A stretch of 64,000 nucleotides of DNA. Source: an uncultured Methylomirabilota bacterium (lineage in GTDB: Bacteria; Methylomirabilota; Methylomirabilia; Methylomirabilales; 2-02-FULL-66-22). Every line of letters begins with the position of its first letter. Positions within the stretch are counted from its first letter, which is position 1. The position numbers and the translations under genes were made by a program. Below the pieces are notes generated by a model. It searched no databases. It had not been told where the DNA came from and saw nothing but the letters and a program-made list of their open reading frames with translations. The DNA lies in assembly GCA_963705305.1 (NCBI GenBank), contig OY970067.1, positions 4,672,001 through 4,736,000 of the forward strand. The letters are read 5' to 3'. Shown here piece by piece: positions 31,731 through 41,599 of the stretch.

Positions 31731-32531
31731 ATGCGTCTCTTCCTCTTCGACATCGACGGAACGCTCATGTTTGCCCATGGCGCCGGACACATCTCGCTCG
31801 TCCAGGCCATGGAAGCCACTTTTGGCACCGCGGGGCGGCACGCCGACTACGATTGGCGCGGCCGGACCGATCCGCAGATCGTCTGTGACATCCTGCGAGC
31901 GGCTGGAATCCCCCAGGAGGTCATCCAGGCCCGCCTGGAGTCGTGCTTTGCCCGCTACGTTCGCCGCCTCGAAGCCGTGATTGCCGACGGCCATCCCGTC
32001 GATCTGCTGCCGGGCATCCCCGAGCTGGTCGCAGCCCTGGACGCTCGGCCGGACATCATGATCGGTCTCTTGACCGGCAACGTCGAGGCCGGGGCCAAGG
32101 CCAAGCTCCGGCCGACCGGTCTCTGGCCCCATTTTCGAGTCGGCGCGTATGGGTCCGACAACATGGACCGCCGGCGGCTGCCGGACATCGCCCGTGCGCG
32201 GGCAGCCGCCCTCACCGGACGGCCGATCTCTTTCGACCGCGTCGTCATCATCGGCGACACACCCCTGGATGTGGATTGTGCCCGCGCCTGCGGCGCGACG
32301 GCCGTCGCGGTGGCAACCGGCCAGCACTCGGTCGAGGATCTCTCCGTCTGCGGCCCGGACCTCCTGTTCCCGAACTTCTCGGATGTTCCCGGGGTTTTGG
32401 CGGCCCTCGAGGAAACCGGCGATCGATTGCGGGCCTCCGCGGACCGATCCTGGCCTGTCCGCCCGAATGGCCCCGAATCCCAGCCCAACTCCGCTGCTGC
32501 CTGTGGCGACGGCGGGGATGGAATCGGGTGA
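31731..32531 (+). CDS. HAD-family hydrolase (phosphoglycolate phosphatase-like)
   Basis: LFDIDGTL, GRTD, LLTGN, GAYGSD and IGDTPLD motifs. Confidence 0.92.
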   Translation: MRLFLFDIDGTLMFAHGAGHISLVQAMEATFGTAGRHADYDWRGRTDPQIVCDILRAAGIPQEVIQARLESCFARYVRRLEAVIADGHPVDLLPGIPELVAALDARPDIMIGLLTGNVEAGAKAKLRPTGLWPHFRVGAYGSDNMDRRRLPDIARARAAALTGRPISFDRVVIIGDTPLDVDCARACGATAVAVATGQHSVEDLSVCGPDLLFPNFSDVPGVLAALEETGDRLRASADRSWPVRPNGPESQPNSAAACGDGGDGIG

Positions 32532-32669
32532 ATCTGAGGCACCGGGGACCGGTGGTCCCCGCTGAAGGAGGCCGGCAGATAGCGCACGATCCCAGTCCAA
32601 GGCGCCGGGACCGGACTCCCACTCGCCCCTAGGGCGGCCGGGCAATCACTTCACTGTGGAGGGATGTCC

Positions 32670-33140
32670 ATGGATGCCAAGACCCGCCAAGAATTGATCG
32701 CCAAATACAAGGATGGGTGCCGGGTCGTCACGGCGGCCCTGCAAGGGTGCACGGACAAAGAGCTGGATGCGCGCCCGGCAGCGGGCAAATGGTCCGCGCG
32801 CGAAATCGTCCACCATCTTGCGGACAGCGAGATGATCGCCGCCATCCGCCTGCGGCGGCTGCTGACCGAGGACGCCGCGACGATTCGCGCGTTTGATCAG
32901 AACATCTACGCGCGTCGCCTCTACTACGATCGGCCGATCGAGGCGTCTCTGGAGGCCTTCCGCGCCTCCCGACAGTCCACGGGCGAAATCCTGGAGCGGA
33001 TGACCGACGCCGATTGGACACAGTCAGGCACCCACAGCGAGAGCGGAGCATACTCGCCGGAGAAGTGGCTGGAAGTCTACGCCCATCACGGCCACACCCA
33101 CGCGGAGCAAATTCGCAAGGCCAGGGCGGCTGCCAAGTAA
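32670..33140 (+). CDS. DinB/YfiT-family protein
   Basis: GKWS.REIVHHLADSE and HG.TH metal-binding His; GGAGG RBS; start 32664 or 32670. Confidence 0.88.
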   Translation: MDAKTRQELIAKYKDGCRVVTAALQGCTDKELDARPAAGKWSAREIVHHLADSEMIAAIRLRRLLTEDAATIRAFDQNIYARRLYYDRPIEASLEAFRASRQSTGEILERMTDADWTQSGTHSESGAYSPEKWLEVYAHHGHTHAEQIRKARAAAK

Positions 33141-33372
33141 GTCGACGGACCAGGTGACAACCGTCGGTACCCCGGACACTCCAGGGCGGGCGGGTCCGGA
33201 TCGTGCGCGCCCTCGCGTCGCCGCCGGAACGGCCGTTCACGCCTCCCGGCACTCCTCCCCCTCGGGCGCCCGGACGGAGCCCTGCACCTGACCTGCGGTT
33301 CGACCTGATGAAATGGCCGCCGACGGGCGAGGCGACGAGACGCTTCTTGGGGCGGAAGGCAAGGAGACAGGC

Positions 33373-34215
33373 ATGGGACGATTGAGCGGCAAGGTGGCCC
33401 TGGTCACCGGATGCGCTGGGGAGCGGGGAATCGGCCGCGCGATCGCCCGGCGATTCGCAGCGGAGGGCGCCGATCTCATCCTGACGGATATCGCGATGCA
33501 CGGCACCGCGGTGGTCCCGGCGAAGCCGCGGCCCGGCTGGGGCGGCCTGGAGGCCGTGACGTCCGAGGCGCGCGCGGCCGGCCGGCAGGTGGTGGTGGCC
33601 CTCCTCGACATCCGCTCCGCCGTCCAGATCGACCGCGTCATCGCCCAGGGACGGGAAGCCTTCGAGCGTATCGACGTCTTGGTCAACAATGCCGCCGCGC
33701 CGCCGGGGGCCGACCGCGTGCCGGTCGTCGAATTGCCGGAAGAGGCGTGGAACGCGGTGCTGGACGCCAACCTCACGGGAGCGTTCCGCTGCGCCAAAGC
33801 CGCAGCCCGCCTGATGCTGGCCCGCAAGACCCGCGGGCGCATCATCAACATCGCCTCGGACGCCGGCCGTGTGGGCCGGCCCAGCCTCGCGGCCTACTGC
33901 ACCTCCAAGTTCGGCCTGATCGGCCTCACGCAGTCCCTGGCCATGGAGCTGGCGCCGGCGGGCATCACGGTGAACGCCCTTTGCCCGGGAGGCGTGGACA
34001 GCGAACGATTGGATTATCTGGGGCGACGGGAGGATGGGAGCTACGATGACGCACGCCGCGCTGCGGAGATCCGCCGACGGGCCGCCGGGAACCCGATGGG
34101 TCGCCTGACGAGCCCCGAAGACGTGGCGGCGGCCGCCGTCTTTCTGGCGTCGGATGAGGCCGAGTACATCACCGGGCAGGCCATCAACGTGTCCGGCGGC
34201 TCCATCATGCACTGA
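33373..34215 (+). CDS. Short-chain dehydrogenase/reductase
   Basis: TGCAGERGIG, NNAA, YCTSK, CPG and YITGQ.INV.GG motifs; AAGGAG RBS. Confidence 0.92.
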   Translation: MGRLSGKVALVTGCAGERGIGRAIARRFAAEGADLILTDIAMHGTAVVPAKPRPGWGGLEAVTSEARAAGRQVVVALLDIRSAVQIDRVIAQGREAFERIDVLVNNAAAPPGADRVPVVELPEEAWNAVLDANLTGAFRCAKAAARLMLARKTRGRIINIASDAGRVGRPSLAAYCTSKFGLIGLTQSLAMELAPAGITVNALCPGGVDSERLDYLGRREDGSYDDARRAAEIRRRAAGNPMGRLTSPEDVAAAAVFLASDEAEYITGQAINVSGGSIMH

Positions 34216-34419
34216 CATGGAAGCGGTCGGGGCCGTGACGGCACCGACACATTCCCGGCTCGAGCGCGGGCCAGAAGGTTTGCGATTGCAGGAAGGGATG
34301 CCAGGCAGCGCGGGGTATCCCAGTGAGCAGGCCACCAAAGAAACAGCCATACATGCCAGCGCCGCGTACAGCGTCTGCCACGTTCCGGTCACCCCTCCCG
34401 CGAGTCCTCCGGGCGATCT

Positions 34420-34866
34420 TTACCCCTTGCCGGACTCCAGCGCGGCCACGCCGGCCCGCGCCACCTGGGCGTCCTCTTCGCCCGATCCGCCGCTCACCCC
34501 GACCCCACCCACACAATGCCCGTCCACCACTATCGGCACGCCGCCCGCAAAGGTGATGTACGCGTCCGTTCCGGCCGCCAGCGGGAGCGCGATGGCCATG
34601 TGGTCGTCCAGCGGCTTCCCGGACGAGCTGATCTTTCCGGTCGGCAGGCGGTTCGAGGCGGCGGCCCGGGCCTTGACGTGGGCGACGCGAATGTTGTGCA
34701 GCTTCCCATCGTCTGTCCGGGCGAACCCGAGGAGATGGCCGCCCTCGTCCACTACGGCGATGCTCATGGGGATCTTCATCTCCTGCGACTTTCGGACCGC
34801 AGCCTGGAGGATCCGGTTGGTCCCCTCCCAATTCAACTTGAGTGCCTGACGTGTGATCATGCGCAT
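34420..34866 (-). CDS. GlcG/HbpS-family heme-binding protein
   Basis: IAVVDEGG.L, KA..A, GGVPI..DG and GGVGVSGG..EED motifs. Confidence 0.9.
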   Translation of the reverse strand: MRMITRQALKLNWEGTNRILQAAVRKSQEMKIPMSIAVVDEGGHLLGFARTDDGKLHNIRVAHVKARAAASNRLPTGKISSSGKPLDDHMAIALPLAAGTDAYITFAGGVPIVVDGHCVGGVGVSGGSGEEDAQVARAGVAALESGKG

Positions 34867-34984
34867 GCCCTCTCTGGCGGAAAGCGGTGCCGACGAGGCG
34901 CCTGCCTCTCTTCATCCCGCACGGAGGCGCTGGGCGACCAGACAGGTTCGTCCCCGGCGCCCCACAGCCCGAGCCGGCCGCCCC

Positions 34985-35581
34985 TCACCCGATCTCCGCG
35001 TACCGAAAGCAGCCTACCAGGTGATCGTTCACCAATCCGACTGCCTGCATGAACGCATAACAGATGGTCGAGCCGACAAATGTGAAGCCGCGCCGGGACA
35101 GGTCCGCGCTCAAGGCGTCGGATTCCCGGGTGCGGGCCGGAATGTCCCGAAGTGTCCTTCGGCGATTTCGCTTCGGACGGCCGCCGACGAATCGCCACAG
35201 GTAGGCATCGAAGCTTCCCCACTCCGCCTGGACCTCTAGGAACGCTCTCGCATTCCGGATCGCCGCCGCGATCTTCAGCCGGTTGCGGATGATCCCCGCA
35301 TCCCTCAGCAGCACGGCTGTCTTCCGCTGGTCGTACGCAGCGATGATCTGCGGATTGAAGTGATCGAAGGCCGAGCGGAAGTGCTCTCGCTTCTTGAGAA
35401 TTGTCTCCCAGCTCAATCCCGCCTGCGCCCCTTCAAGGATCAGGAACTCGAAAAGCCGCCCATCGTCGTGGACCGGCACTCCCCACTCCCCATCGTGGTA
35501 GGCGATTGACAGGGGTGTCTTGGCCCAGCCGCAGCGACGAAGCTCGGAGGGCCGGCCCGTCCGTGCACGCAGCGGCGTCAC
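34985..35581 (-). CDS. tag: DNA-3-methyladenine glycosylase I
   Basis: RC.W, YHD.EWG.P, LEGAQAGLSW, IIRNRLKI and MQAVGLVNDH..C motifs. Confidence 0.95.
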   Translation of the reverse strand: MTPLRARTGRPSELRRCGWAKTPLSIAYHDGEWGVPVHDDGRLFEFLILEGAQAGLSWETILKKREHFRSAFDHFNPQIIAAYDQRKTAVLLRDAGIIRNRLKIAAAIRNARAFLEVQAEWGSFDAYLWRFVGGRPKRNRRRTLRDIPARTRESDALSADLSRRGFTFVGSTICYAFMQAVGLVNDHLVGCFRYAEIG

Positions 35582-35597
35582 GGCCCACCCCCTCCTC

Positions 35598-36836
35598 TCA
35601 TTCCGCGGCCAGCCTCAGCAGCGACAGGAGCAGCACATTGGCGCCCCGCTCGATCTCCTCATCGGCCGTATACTCCATCGGGGAATGGCTGCGACCGTCC
35701 CGGCTTGGAACGAAGACCATCCCCGCCTTGGCAACGCGGCCGACCACCTGGGCGTCGTGCCCGGCCATGGCGGGAATCCGAAAGGACCGAAGACCCAGCT
35801 CGCCTGCCGCAGACTCGATCGCTTCCTGCAGCTCGGGGGCCAGCGGCACCGGCGCGACATCGAGGATGGTTTCGATAGAGAGCTCCAGGCCCCAGGATGA
35901 TGCCACATCGGTCGCGAGGGCGCGCGACCGTTCGGCAAGATGCAGGAGCCGCTCCCGCGAGACCTCGCGAAGCTCGTAGGTCAGATGGGCCTCGGCGGGG
36001 ACAATGTTGGGCACGGCCGGCTTCAGCTGTACCACGCCCACCGTCAGACGGCTTGCCGACGTGCCCTCGGCCATGACCAGTTGCCGCCCCTTCAGGGCAA
36101 GGTCGGCGGCCCCCATGAATGCATCCTTCCGGCCGGTCATAGGGGTGGTCCCCGCATGATCCGCCCGACCGCGAAAGGTCATCCCAAACCGGCAGATGCC
36201 GACCACGGCCTCCACGACCCCGATAGGAATGCCGAGCGCTTCCAGGATCGGGCCCTGCTCGATATGGAGCTCGAGGTAGGCCTTGATCTCTTTGGGGTCC
36301 CGCCGGGCGGCCGGGGCCTGCAGCGCGTCCAGCCCATGCCGGGCCATGGCATCGACGATCCGGTGGCCGTTCGAATCCCTGATCCGGGGGATATCCTCAG
36401 CCCGCAGCACCCCGGTCATGGCGTAGCTGCCAAAGAAGCCGCCGAACGCCCCCTCCTCGTCGGTGAAGGCCACCAACTCCAACGGATGTCGGAGTCGAAC
36501 CGCCTCCTCTTTGATCCGCCGTAGGCATTCCAGACCCGCCAGGACGCCCAGCGCCCCGTCGAATCGGCCACCGTTAGGAACCGTATCGATGTGCGACCCT
36601 ACCATCTCGACCGGCGCCCCCGGCTGCCAGCGCGCGAAGATGTTGCCCGCCGCATCCTGGCGGGCCTCCATCCCGGCCTGGCCAATCCGCGCCAGCAGCC
36701 AGCGCCGCGCCTCCATATCGGCGTCGCTCCAGGACGGCCGCGACACCCCGCCGTCGGGGGTCCTCCCGATCGTGCCCAGCGTCCGCAGGTCGTCGCAGAG
36801 CCGTTCGCGGTTCACCCGCATTGCAGCCTCCGTCAT
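35598..36836 (-). CDS. M20 Zn-dependent hydrolase (allantoate / N-carbamoyl-L-amino acid amidohydrolase family)
   Basis: GSHIDTVPNGG.FDG, DEEG, ELHIEQGP, HAGTTPM, AGHDA and SHSP.E motifs; ATGA overlap with the upstream gene. Confidence 0.92.
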   Translation of the reverse strand: MTEAAMRVNRERLCDDLRTLGTIGRTPDGGVSRPSWSDADMEARRWLLARIGQAGMEARQDAAGNIFARWQPGAPVEMVGSHIDTVPNGGRFDGALGVLAGLECLRRIKEEAVRLRHPLELVAFTDEEGAFGGFFGSYAMTGVLRAEDIPRIRDSNGHRIVDAMARHGLDALQAPAARRDPKEIKAYLELHIEQGPILEALGIPIGVVEAVVGICRFGMTFRGRADHAGTTPMTGRKDAFMGAADLALKGRQLVMAEGTSASRLTVGVVQLKPAVPNIVPAEAHLTYELREVSRERLLHLAERSRALATDVASSWGLELSIETILDVAPVPLAPELQEAIESAAGELGLRSFRIPAMAGHDAQVVGRVAKAGMVFVPSRDGRSHSPMEYTADEEIERGANVLLLSLLRLAAE

Positions 36837-37795
36837 GGGACGAGGACAATCTTGCCGTAGGCGCCGGACGCCAGGACGGCTTCGTGCGCTTTGGGCGCCT
36901 CCACCAAAGGAAACTCTCTGCCGACGACCGGCCGCAGGGTTCCGTTGGCGAGACCCGCTCCGATCCCGGCATGGATCCGCTGCATCTCCTGGGGGGAGGC
37001 GTTGAACAGAACCATGCCGAGAATGCTGGCGTCCCGCGCCATGGCATCCCGGGGGTTGATCTCGATCGTCCCCCGGCAGCCGATGACCACCACCCGGCCG
37101 CCCCGGGCCAGGACGGTGAGGTCCTTCCCCAGGTTCACATTGGAGAGCATCTCCAGTACCACGTCCACCCCGCGGCCGTCGGTGAGCGCCTTGATCTTCT
37201 CTAGGTAGTCCGCCGCCGTGTGGTCCAGCACGTGATGGGCCCCCTGCTCCTTGACCAGGCTGCGGCCCTTCTCGGTTCCCGCCGTCCCGATCACGGTCAT
37301 CCCGCGGGCGCGGGCGAGCTGTACGCCGGCGATGCCGACGCCGCCGCTGGCCCCGTGGACCAGCACCGTCTCTCCGGCGAGGGCATGCGCCCGCTGGAAC
37401 AGCGCACGGTAGGCCGTGCCGTAGGGGACCGATATCCCGGCCCCTGGGGTGAAGTCGATGTTGGGAGGCAGCGGCTTCACATCCTTGGCCTCGCACAGGG
37501 TAAGCTCGGCGTAGACGCCGGTCACCGTCCAGAGCGTGTATACGCGGGCCCCTTTCGCCAGCCCGCTCACACCGCTGCCCACGGCCTCCACTGTCCCGGC
37601 CGCATCAGTCCCCGGCGTGTAGGGAAGCTGCGGCTTGAGGGCGTAGGCCCCCGACCGGATGTAGGCATCCACCGGGTTCACACCCGCGGCCTTGACCCGC
37701 ACCACGACCTGTCCCGGTCCGGGCGTGGGATCCGGGACCTCCTCCACCTTCAACACCTCCGGACCACCAAATTGGTGCACCCGAATAGCTCTCAT
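36833..37795 (-). CDS. NADPH:quinone reductase (zeta-crystallin-like MDR)
   Basis: FGGPEVL, GVNPVD, HGASGGVG and GKIVL motifs; no Zn ligands. Confidence 0.92.
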   Translation of the reverse strand: MRAIRVHQFGGPEVLKVEEVPDPTPGPGQVVVRVKAAGVNPVDAYIRSGAYALKPQLPYTPGTDAAGTVEAVGSGVSGLAKGARVYTLWTVTGVYAELTLCEAKDVKPLPPNIDFTPGAGISVPYGTAYRALFQRAHALAGETVLVHGASGGVGIAGVQLARARGMTVIGTAGTEKGRSLVKEQGAHHVLDHTAADYLEKIKALTDGRGVDVVLEMLSNVNLGKDLTVLARGGRVVVIGCRGTIEINPRDAMARDASILGMVLFNASPQEMQRIHAGIGAGLANGTLRPVVGREFPLVEAPKAHEAVLASGAYGKIVLVP

Positions 37796-37931
37796 GGCTC
37801 TCCTCGCTCCGCTAAAGTTTCAAGCAGCTGGCAGAAGGACGTCAGCCCATCCGGTCGCTGATCCTGCCCCCCTCCTCATTCGCCGAAGGAATGGCCGTGC
37901 TCACAGCACGGCGGTAGGCGGCGTCCTGTTT

Positions 37932-37960
37932 ACGATACGCCACAAGAAGGCGCGATGCAA
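37932..37960 (-). promoter_or_regulatory. Putative sigma70 promoter of the quinone reductase-hydrolase-tag unit
   Basis: Minus strand TTGCAT-17 nt-TATCGT. Confidence 0.5.
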
Positions 37961-38015
37961 TGGGACGGCCGCGGGGGAGGATCACCAGTTGCGGACGCCG
38001 AGCGGATCTCCTGGC

Positions 38016-38999
38016 CTAATCCGCCGGCGTATGGTACACGTTCGGATTGACCACGAATTCCGGTCGTTGGCCCCGCAGCACGGCAAGCACAGCCTCTACG
38101 GCGCGGTCCCCCATGCAGCGGATGGATTCCCGGGTGTGCGTTCCCATGTGCGGCGTGCCGATGACGTTGGGTAGAGAAAGCAGCGGACTGTCCGTCGGAG
38201 GCTCCTGCTCGAAGACGTTGGTGGCGTACCCGGCGACCTTCCCCGAGACCAGCCCCTCATACATCGCCGTCTCATTGACCAGCTTGCCGCGTGAGGTATT
38301 GACGATCCAGACGCCCGGTCGCATCCGGGCGATCTCATCCGCGCCGATCACCCCCTCGGTCTCGGGGGTCAGCGGGGCGTGCAGGCTGAGAATGTCCGAT
38401 CCAGCCAGCAGGCCCGGGAAGTCCACCTGGCGGATGCCGATCTCCCTGGCCGCCTCCTCGGGCCACGCCGGGTCGACGCCCAGAAGCTCCATCCCAAACC
38501 CCTTGGCTCGCCGGGCCACGTTCTGGCCGATGCGGCCCAACCCCAGAATGCCCATGGTTTTGCCGGTGAGCCCGGCCCCGAGGAACCGCTCCCAGCGACC
38601 GGCTTTGACGCTGGCCGAGGCCTCCGGGATGCGCCGCAACAGGGCCAGCAGGAGGCCTACGGCGAGATCGGCCACGGCCTGATCGTTGGCGCTGGGGGCG
38701 GTGGCGACGACGATCCCGCGCGCCGTGGCCGCCGCGATGTCAATGTTATCCACCCCGACGCCATGCTTGGCGATGATGCGGAGCCGCGGCGCGGCGTCCA
38801 TGAGGGCGGCCCCGATGGGGTGAAATGCCACGATCCAGGCATCCGCACGGGCAACCTTCGCGCGAAGGTCTGCCTCGGCAATGCCGCTCCCTTCACGCCA
38901 CTCGAGGATGACGCAGCCAGCCTCGCGGAGGCGCTCCATCGGCTCGGGCACCTCTCGTCCGAAGGACCGGGTCGTCACCAGCACGTTGCAGCTGTACAC
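38016..38999 (-). CDS. D-isomer-specific 2-hydroxyacid dehydrogenase (phosphoglycerate dehydrogenase-like)
   Basis: HGVGVDNID, GLGRIG, LHAPLT, NTSRG, EP and TPH motifs; GTG start with GGGAGAGG RBS. Confidence 0.92.
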   Translation of the reverse strand: MYSCNVLVTTRSFGREVPEPMERLREAGCVILEWREGSGIAEADLRAKVARADAWIVAFHPIGAALMDAAPRLRIIAKHGVGVDNIDIAAATARGIVVATAPSANDQAVADLAVGLLLALLRRIPEASASVKAGRWERFLGAGLTGKTMGILGLGRIGQNVARRAKGFGMELLGVDPAWPEEAAREIGIRQVDFPGLLAGSDILSLHAPLTPETEGVIGADEIARMRPGVWIVNTSRGKLVNETAMYEGLVSGKVAGYATNVFEQEPPTDSPLLSLPNVIGTPHMGTHTRESIRCMGDRAVEAVLAVLRGQRPEFVVNPNVYHTPAD

Positions 39000-39056
39000 T
39001 GTCCCTCTCCCAGCGGGCACAAGCCGGTACCCAGACGGCCGGCCGCCTCGCCATAC

Positions 39057-40544
39057 TCAGTGGCGCAGGGCCTTCAGGGCCTGCAGGATCCGGTCCGCCC
39101 TCTCCCGCTGCTGCCGGTAGAAATGGCGGGTCTGGTCATCCGGCTCGACCGACGCGCCGGATTCGGACAAGCCCTTGGCCACACCGAGGTCCGGCGCCAT
39201 CCCCAGCGCCACCCACGCCAGCACCGCCGCGCCTAAGGCCGAACCCTCGGCGCATTGGGGGACCCGGATGCGAGCCCCGAACATGTCCGCCGCAATCCGC
39301 AGCCACGCGGGGGAGCCGGCGAGACCCCCGGTGACGCGGATCTCCTCGATCGCCCCAAGCTGCTCCCGGAGCGTCTCGACGGTCCGCGCCACGGAGGCCG
39401 CGATCCCCTCGAGGACCGCCCGGGCGAGCTGTTCGCGCCCATGGCGGAGCGTGAGCCCCCAGAAGCCTCCCGTCGTCTCCGGGTCCCAGACGGGGCACTG
39501 CTCCCCGGACAGGTAGGGCAGGAAGATCAGCCCCTCCGCCCCCGCGGGGACCGCCGCCGCCAGATCGGTCACCTCGGCACGCAGCAGCTCCGGGTTGGCC
39601 GTTTGCGGCTCCAGGACCCGCAAGAACCAGTCGTACACAATGGCCCCGCTGCTCACGATGCCGCCGATCACCCACCAGCGCTCGTCCAGAGCGTACGTCC
39701 ATAGCCGCTCCTGCCGGTCCAGCGTGGGTGCCTGGATCAGGCAGCGACAGGCCGCGCTCGTTCCCACGTTCACGGCGGCGACCCCCGGGCCGACCGCCCC
39801 CGCCCCGATGCTGGCCAGCACGCCGTCCCCGGCGCCGATCACGCAGGGGATGCCCTGGGGGAGACCGGTGCGGGCCAGCACCCCTGGCAGCCAGCGGGTG
39901 AATGTCTGGTACGGGGAGACCGGGACCGAGAGGGATGACCGGTCGATCCCGGCGGCCTCCAACGCCTCCGGTGCCCAGTCGCGTCGGCGGATGTCGAAGA
40001 GGCCGCTGGAAGAGGCCATTGACCAGTCGACGACGTACTCGCCGAAGAGACGGCGGAAGACGTACTCTTTGACGGAGATGAATCGAGCCGGCCGCGCGGG
40101 CAGATCTGCCTGCCGGAGCCAGATGATCTTCGACAGCGGGTAGATGGCGTCGAGCGGACATCCGGTGGCGCGAAAGATCCGGCGCCCACGCACGGACCGC
40201 CGCAGGCCGTCGGCCACCGCTGCGCTGCGGCGATCCGACCAGATGAGGAAGGGGGACAGGGCCCGGTCGTCGGCGCCCACGGGCATGGTGCTGTACCATT
40301 GGGCGCTGAAGGACACCGCGTCTACGGGGAGACCCGACGGCCGATCCCGATAGGCCGTCCCGATGGCATCGAGCACGGCGGAATAGACCAACTCCGGATC
40401 CTGCTCCGCCCAATCCGGCCGAGGGGTGAGCATGGGGTAGGCGCGCCGGGCAAGGGATAGAACCCGACCCTGGCCGTCGAACAGCGCCGCCTTCGTGGCC
40501 GACGTCCCGATGTCCACCGCCAGCACAACCCCGCGCTCGGACAT
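39057..40544 (-). CDS. FGGY-family sugar kinase (gluconokinase-like)
   Basis: DIGTS..KA, EQDP, WSDRR, GAGDG, GTS.A, PYLSGE.CP.W and TGG motifs. Confidence 0.9.
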   Translation of the reverse strand: MSERGVVLAVDIGTSATKAALFDGQGRVLSLARRAYPMLTPRPDWAEQDPELVYSAVLDAIGTAYRDRPSGLPVDAVSFSAQWYSTMPVGADDRALSPFLIWSDRRSAAVADGLRRSVRGRRIFRATGCPLDAIYPLSKIIWLRQADLPARPARFISVKEYVFRRLFGEYVVDWSMASSSGLFDIRRRDWAPEALEAAGIDRSSLSVPVSPYQTFTRWLPGVLARTGLPQGIPCVIGAGDGVLASIGAGAVGPGVAAVNVGTSAACRCLIQAPTLDRQERLWTYALDERWWVIGGIVSSGAIVYDWFLRVLEPQTANPELLRAEVTDLAAAVPAGAEGLIFLPYLSGEQCPVWDPETTGGFWGLTLRHGREQLARAVLEGIAASVARTVETLREQLGAIEEIRVTGGLAGSPAWLRIAADMFGARIRVPQCAEGSALGAAVLAWVALGMAPDLGVAKGLSESGASVEPDDQTRHFYRQQRERADRILQALKALRH

Positions 40545-40570
40545 CTTCCGACCTCTCGCCCGGCGGATCC

Positions 40571-41482
40571 CTACCTGACGAGGGAGGGATCGAAGACCGC
40601 CTTGGGCAGCGACTCGAAGGCCGCGTGAATCTCTGCGGTCTCCCTGTCGTTCAGGCCGCGCAACGGGGCCTTCATGTCCAGCGGGAATTGGCGCCCGCGC
40701 AGCCGCATGACCTCCTTGTAGCCGGCCAGGTATGGCCCGATCTTCAGCACCACGCGGAGCCGGTTGACCAGAAGCTGCAATCTACGCGCGCGTTCGTACT
40801 GCTTCGCCATTACCGCATCGTAGAGGGCCACCATCAACTCCGGGAACGGGTTCGCCACCGCCGACACCACCCCCGCCCCGCCCACCATCATGGCCGGGTA
40901 GACCAGCCCGTCCGTGCCGATGATGCAGGCGAAGCCATCCCCGCCCACCTCGACGTACTCCTGGAAGAGGATCAGGTCTTTGCTGGAGTCCTTGATCCCG
41001 GCGATGTTCTTCCCCTGCTTGACCAGCTTTCCCACCAGGGAGGAGGAGATTCCCGAGGCCGAGCGGCCCGGGTTGTTGTACAGGAACACCGGCAGGCCGG
41101 GCACGCAGGCGGCCACCGCGCCGAAGAAGGCCTCCAGGGCGGCGCCGTCGGACGGGTAGAAGTAGGGCGTGATGACCGAAATGGCATCGGCCCCGGCCTT
41201 CTCGGCATGCCGGGCCAGCTCGATGCAGCCGCCGGTGTTGTTGGTGGTCACTTGCGGCATCACGAAGGCCCGGCCCTTCACCTGGTCCACGCAAATCTCG
41301 ACGGCCCGCCTCCGCTGGGCATCGGAGAGGGCGATGCCTTCACCCATAGTCCCGCAGGGGAAGATGCCGTGGATGCCGGATTGGACCATCCACTCCACGT
41401 GGTCGCGCAGCGCCTCCTCGTGGATCTCTCCGGAGGGGGTGAGCGGGGTGTGCAATGCAACGATGATACCGTGGGCGTTCAT
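40571..41482 (-). CDS. DHDPS/NAL-family aldolase or dehydratase
   Basis: GTMGE, YNNP and GIKDS (Schiff-base Lys) motifs. Confidence 0.9.
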   Translation of the reverse strand: MNAHGIIVALHTPLTPSGEIHEEALRDHVEWMVQSGIHGIFPCGTMGEGIALSDAQRRRAVEICVDQVKGRAFVMPQVTTNNTGGCIELARHAEKAGADAISVITPYFYPSDGAALEAFFGAVAACVPGLPVFLYNNPGRSASGISSSLVGKLVKQGKNIAGIKDSSKDLILFQEYVEVGGDGFACIIGTDGLVYPAMMVGGAGVVSAVANPFPELMVALYDAVMAKQYERARRLQLLVNRLRVVLKIGPYLAGYKEVMRLRGRQFPLDMKAPLRGLNDRETAEIHAAFESLPKAVFDPSLVR

Positions 41483-41520
41483 GGGTCGATTCTCCCGTCC
41501 TCCGAGGCAACAGGCGCCTT

Positions 41521-41556
41521 CCCCGGGCGGGGGTCCTGTGCGGCCCCCGCCCGGGG
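41521..41556. other. Strong GC hairpin between dctP and the aldolase gene (possible mRNA stabiliser)
   Basis: CCCCGGGCGGGGG-10 nt-CCCCCGCCCGGGG, a perfect 13-bp stem with no U-tract on the coding strand. Confidence 0.55.
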
Positions 41557-41599
41557 AGAGGCTCCCCGCCGCTCCCGAACGCGAATGGTCAGCCGGTCC

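Noticed and set aside
35598..37496. Apparent long N-terminal fusions in the ORF track (632-aa hydrolase, 562-aa DctP, 278-aa ORF at 2700, extended CheB and RsmA)
   Set aside because: The extensions overlap upstream genes in another frame; better starts with RBS or stop-start overlaps exist
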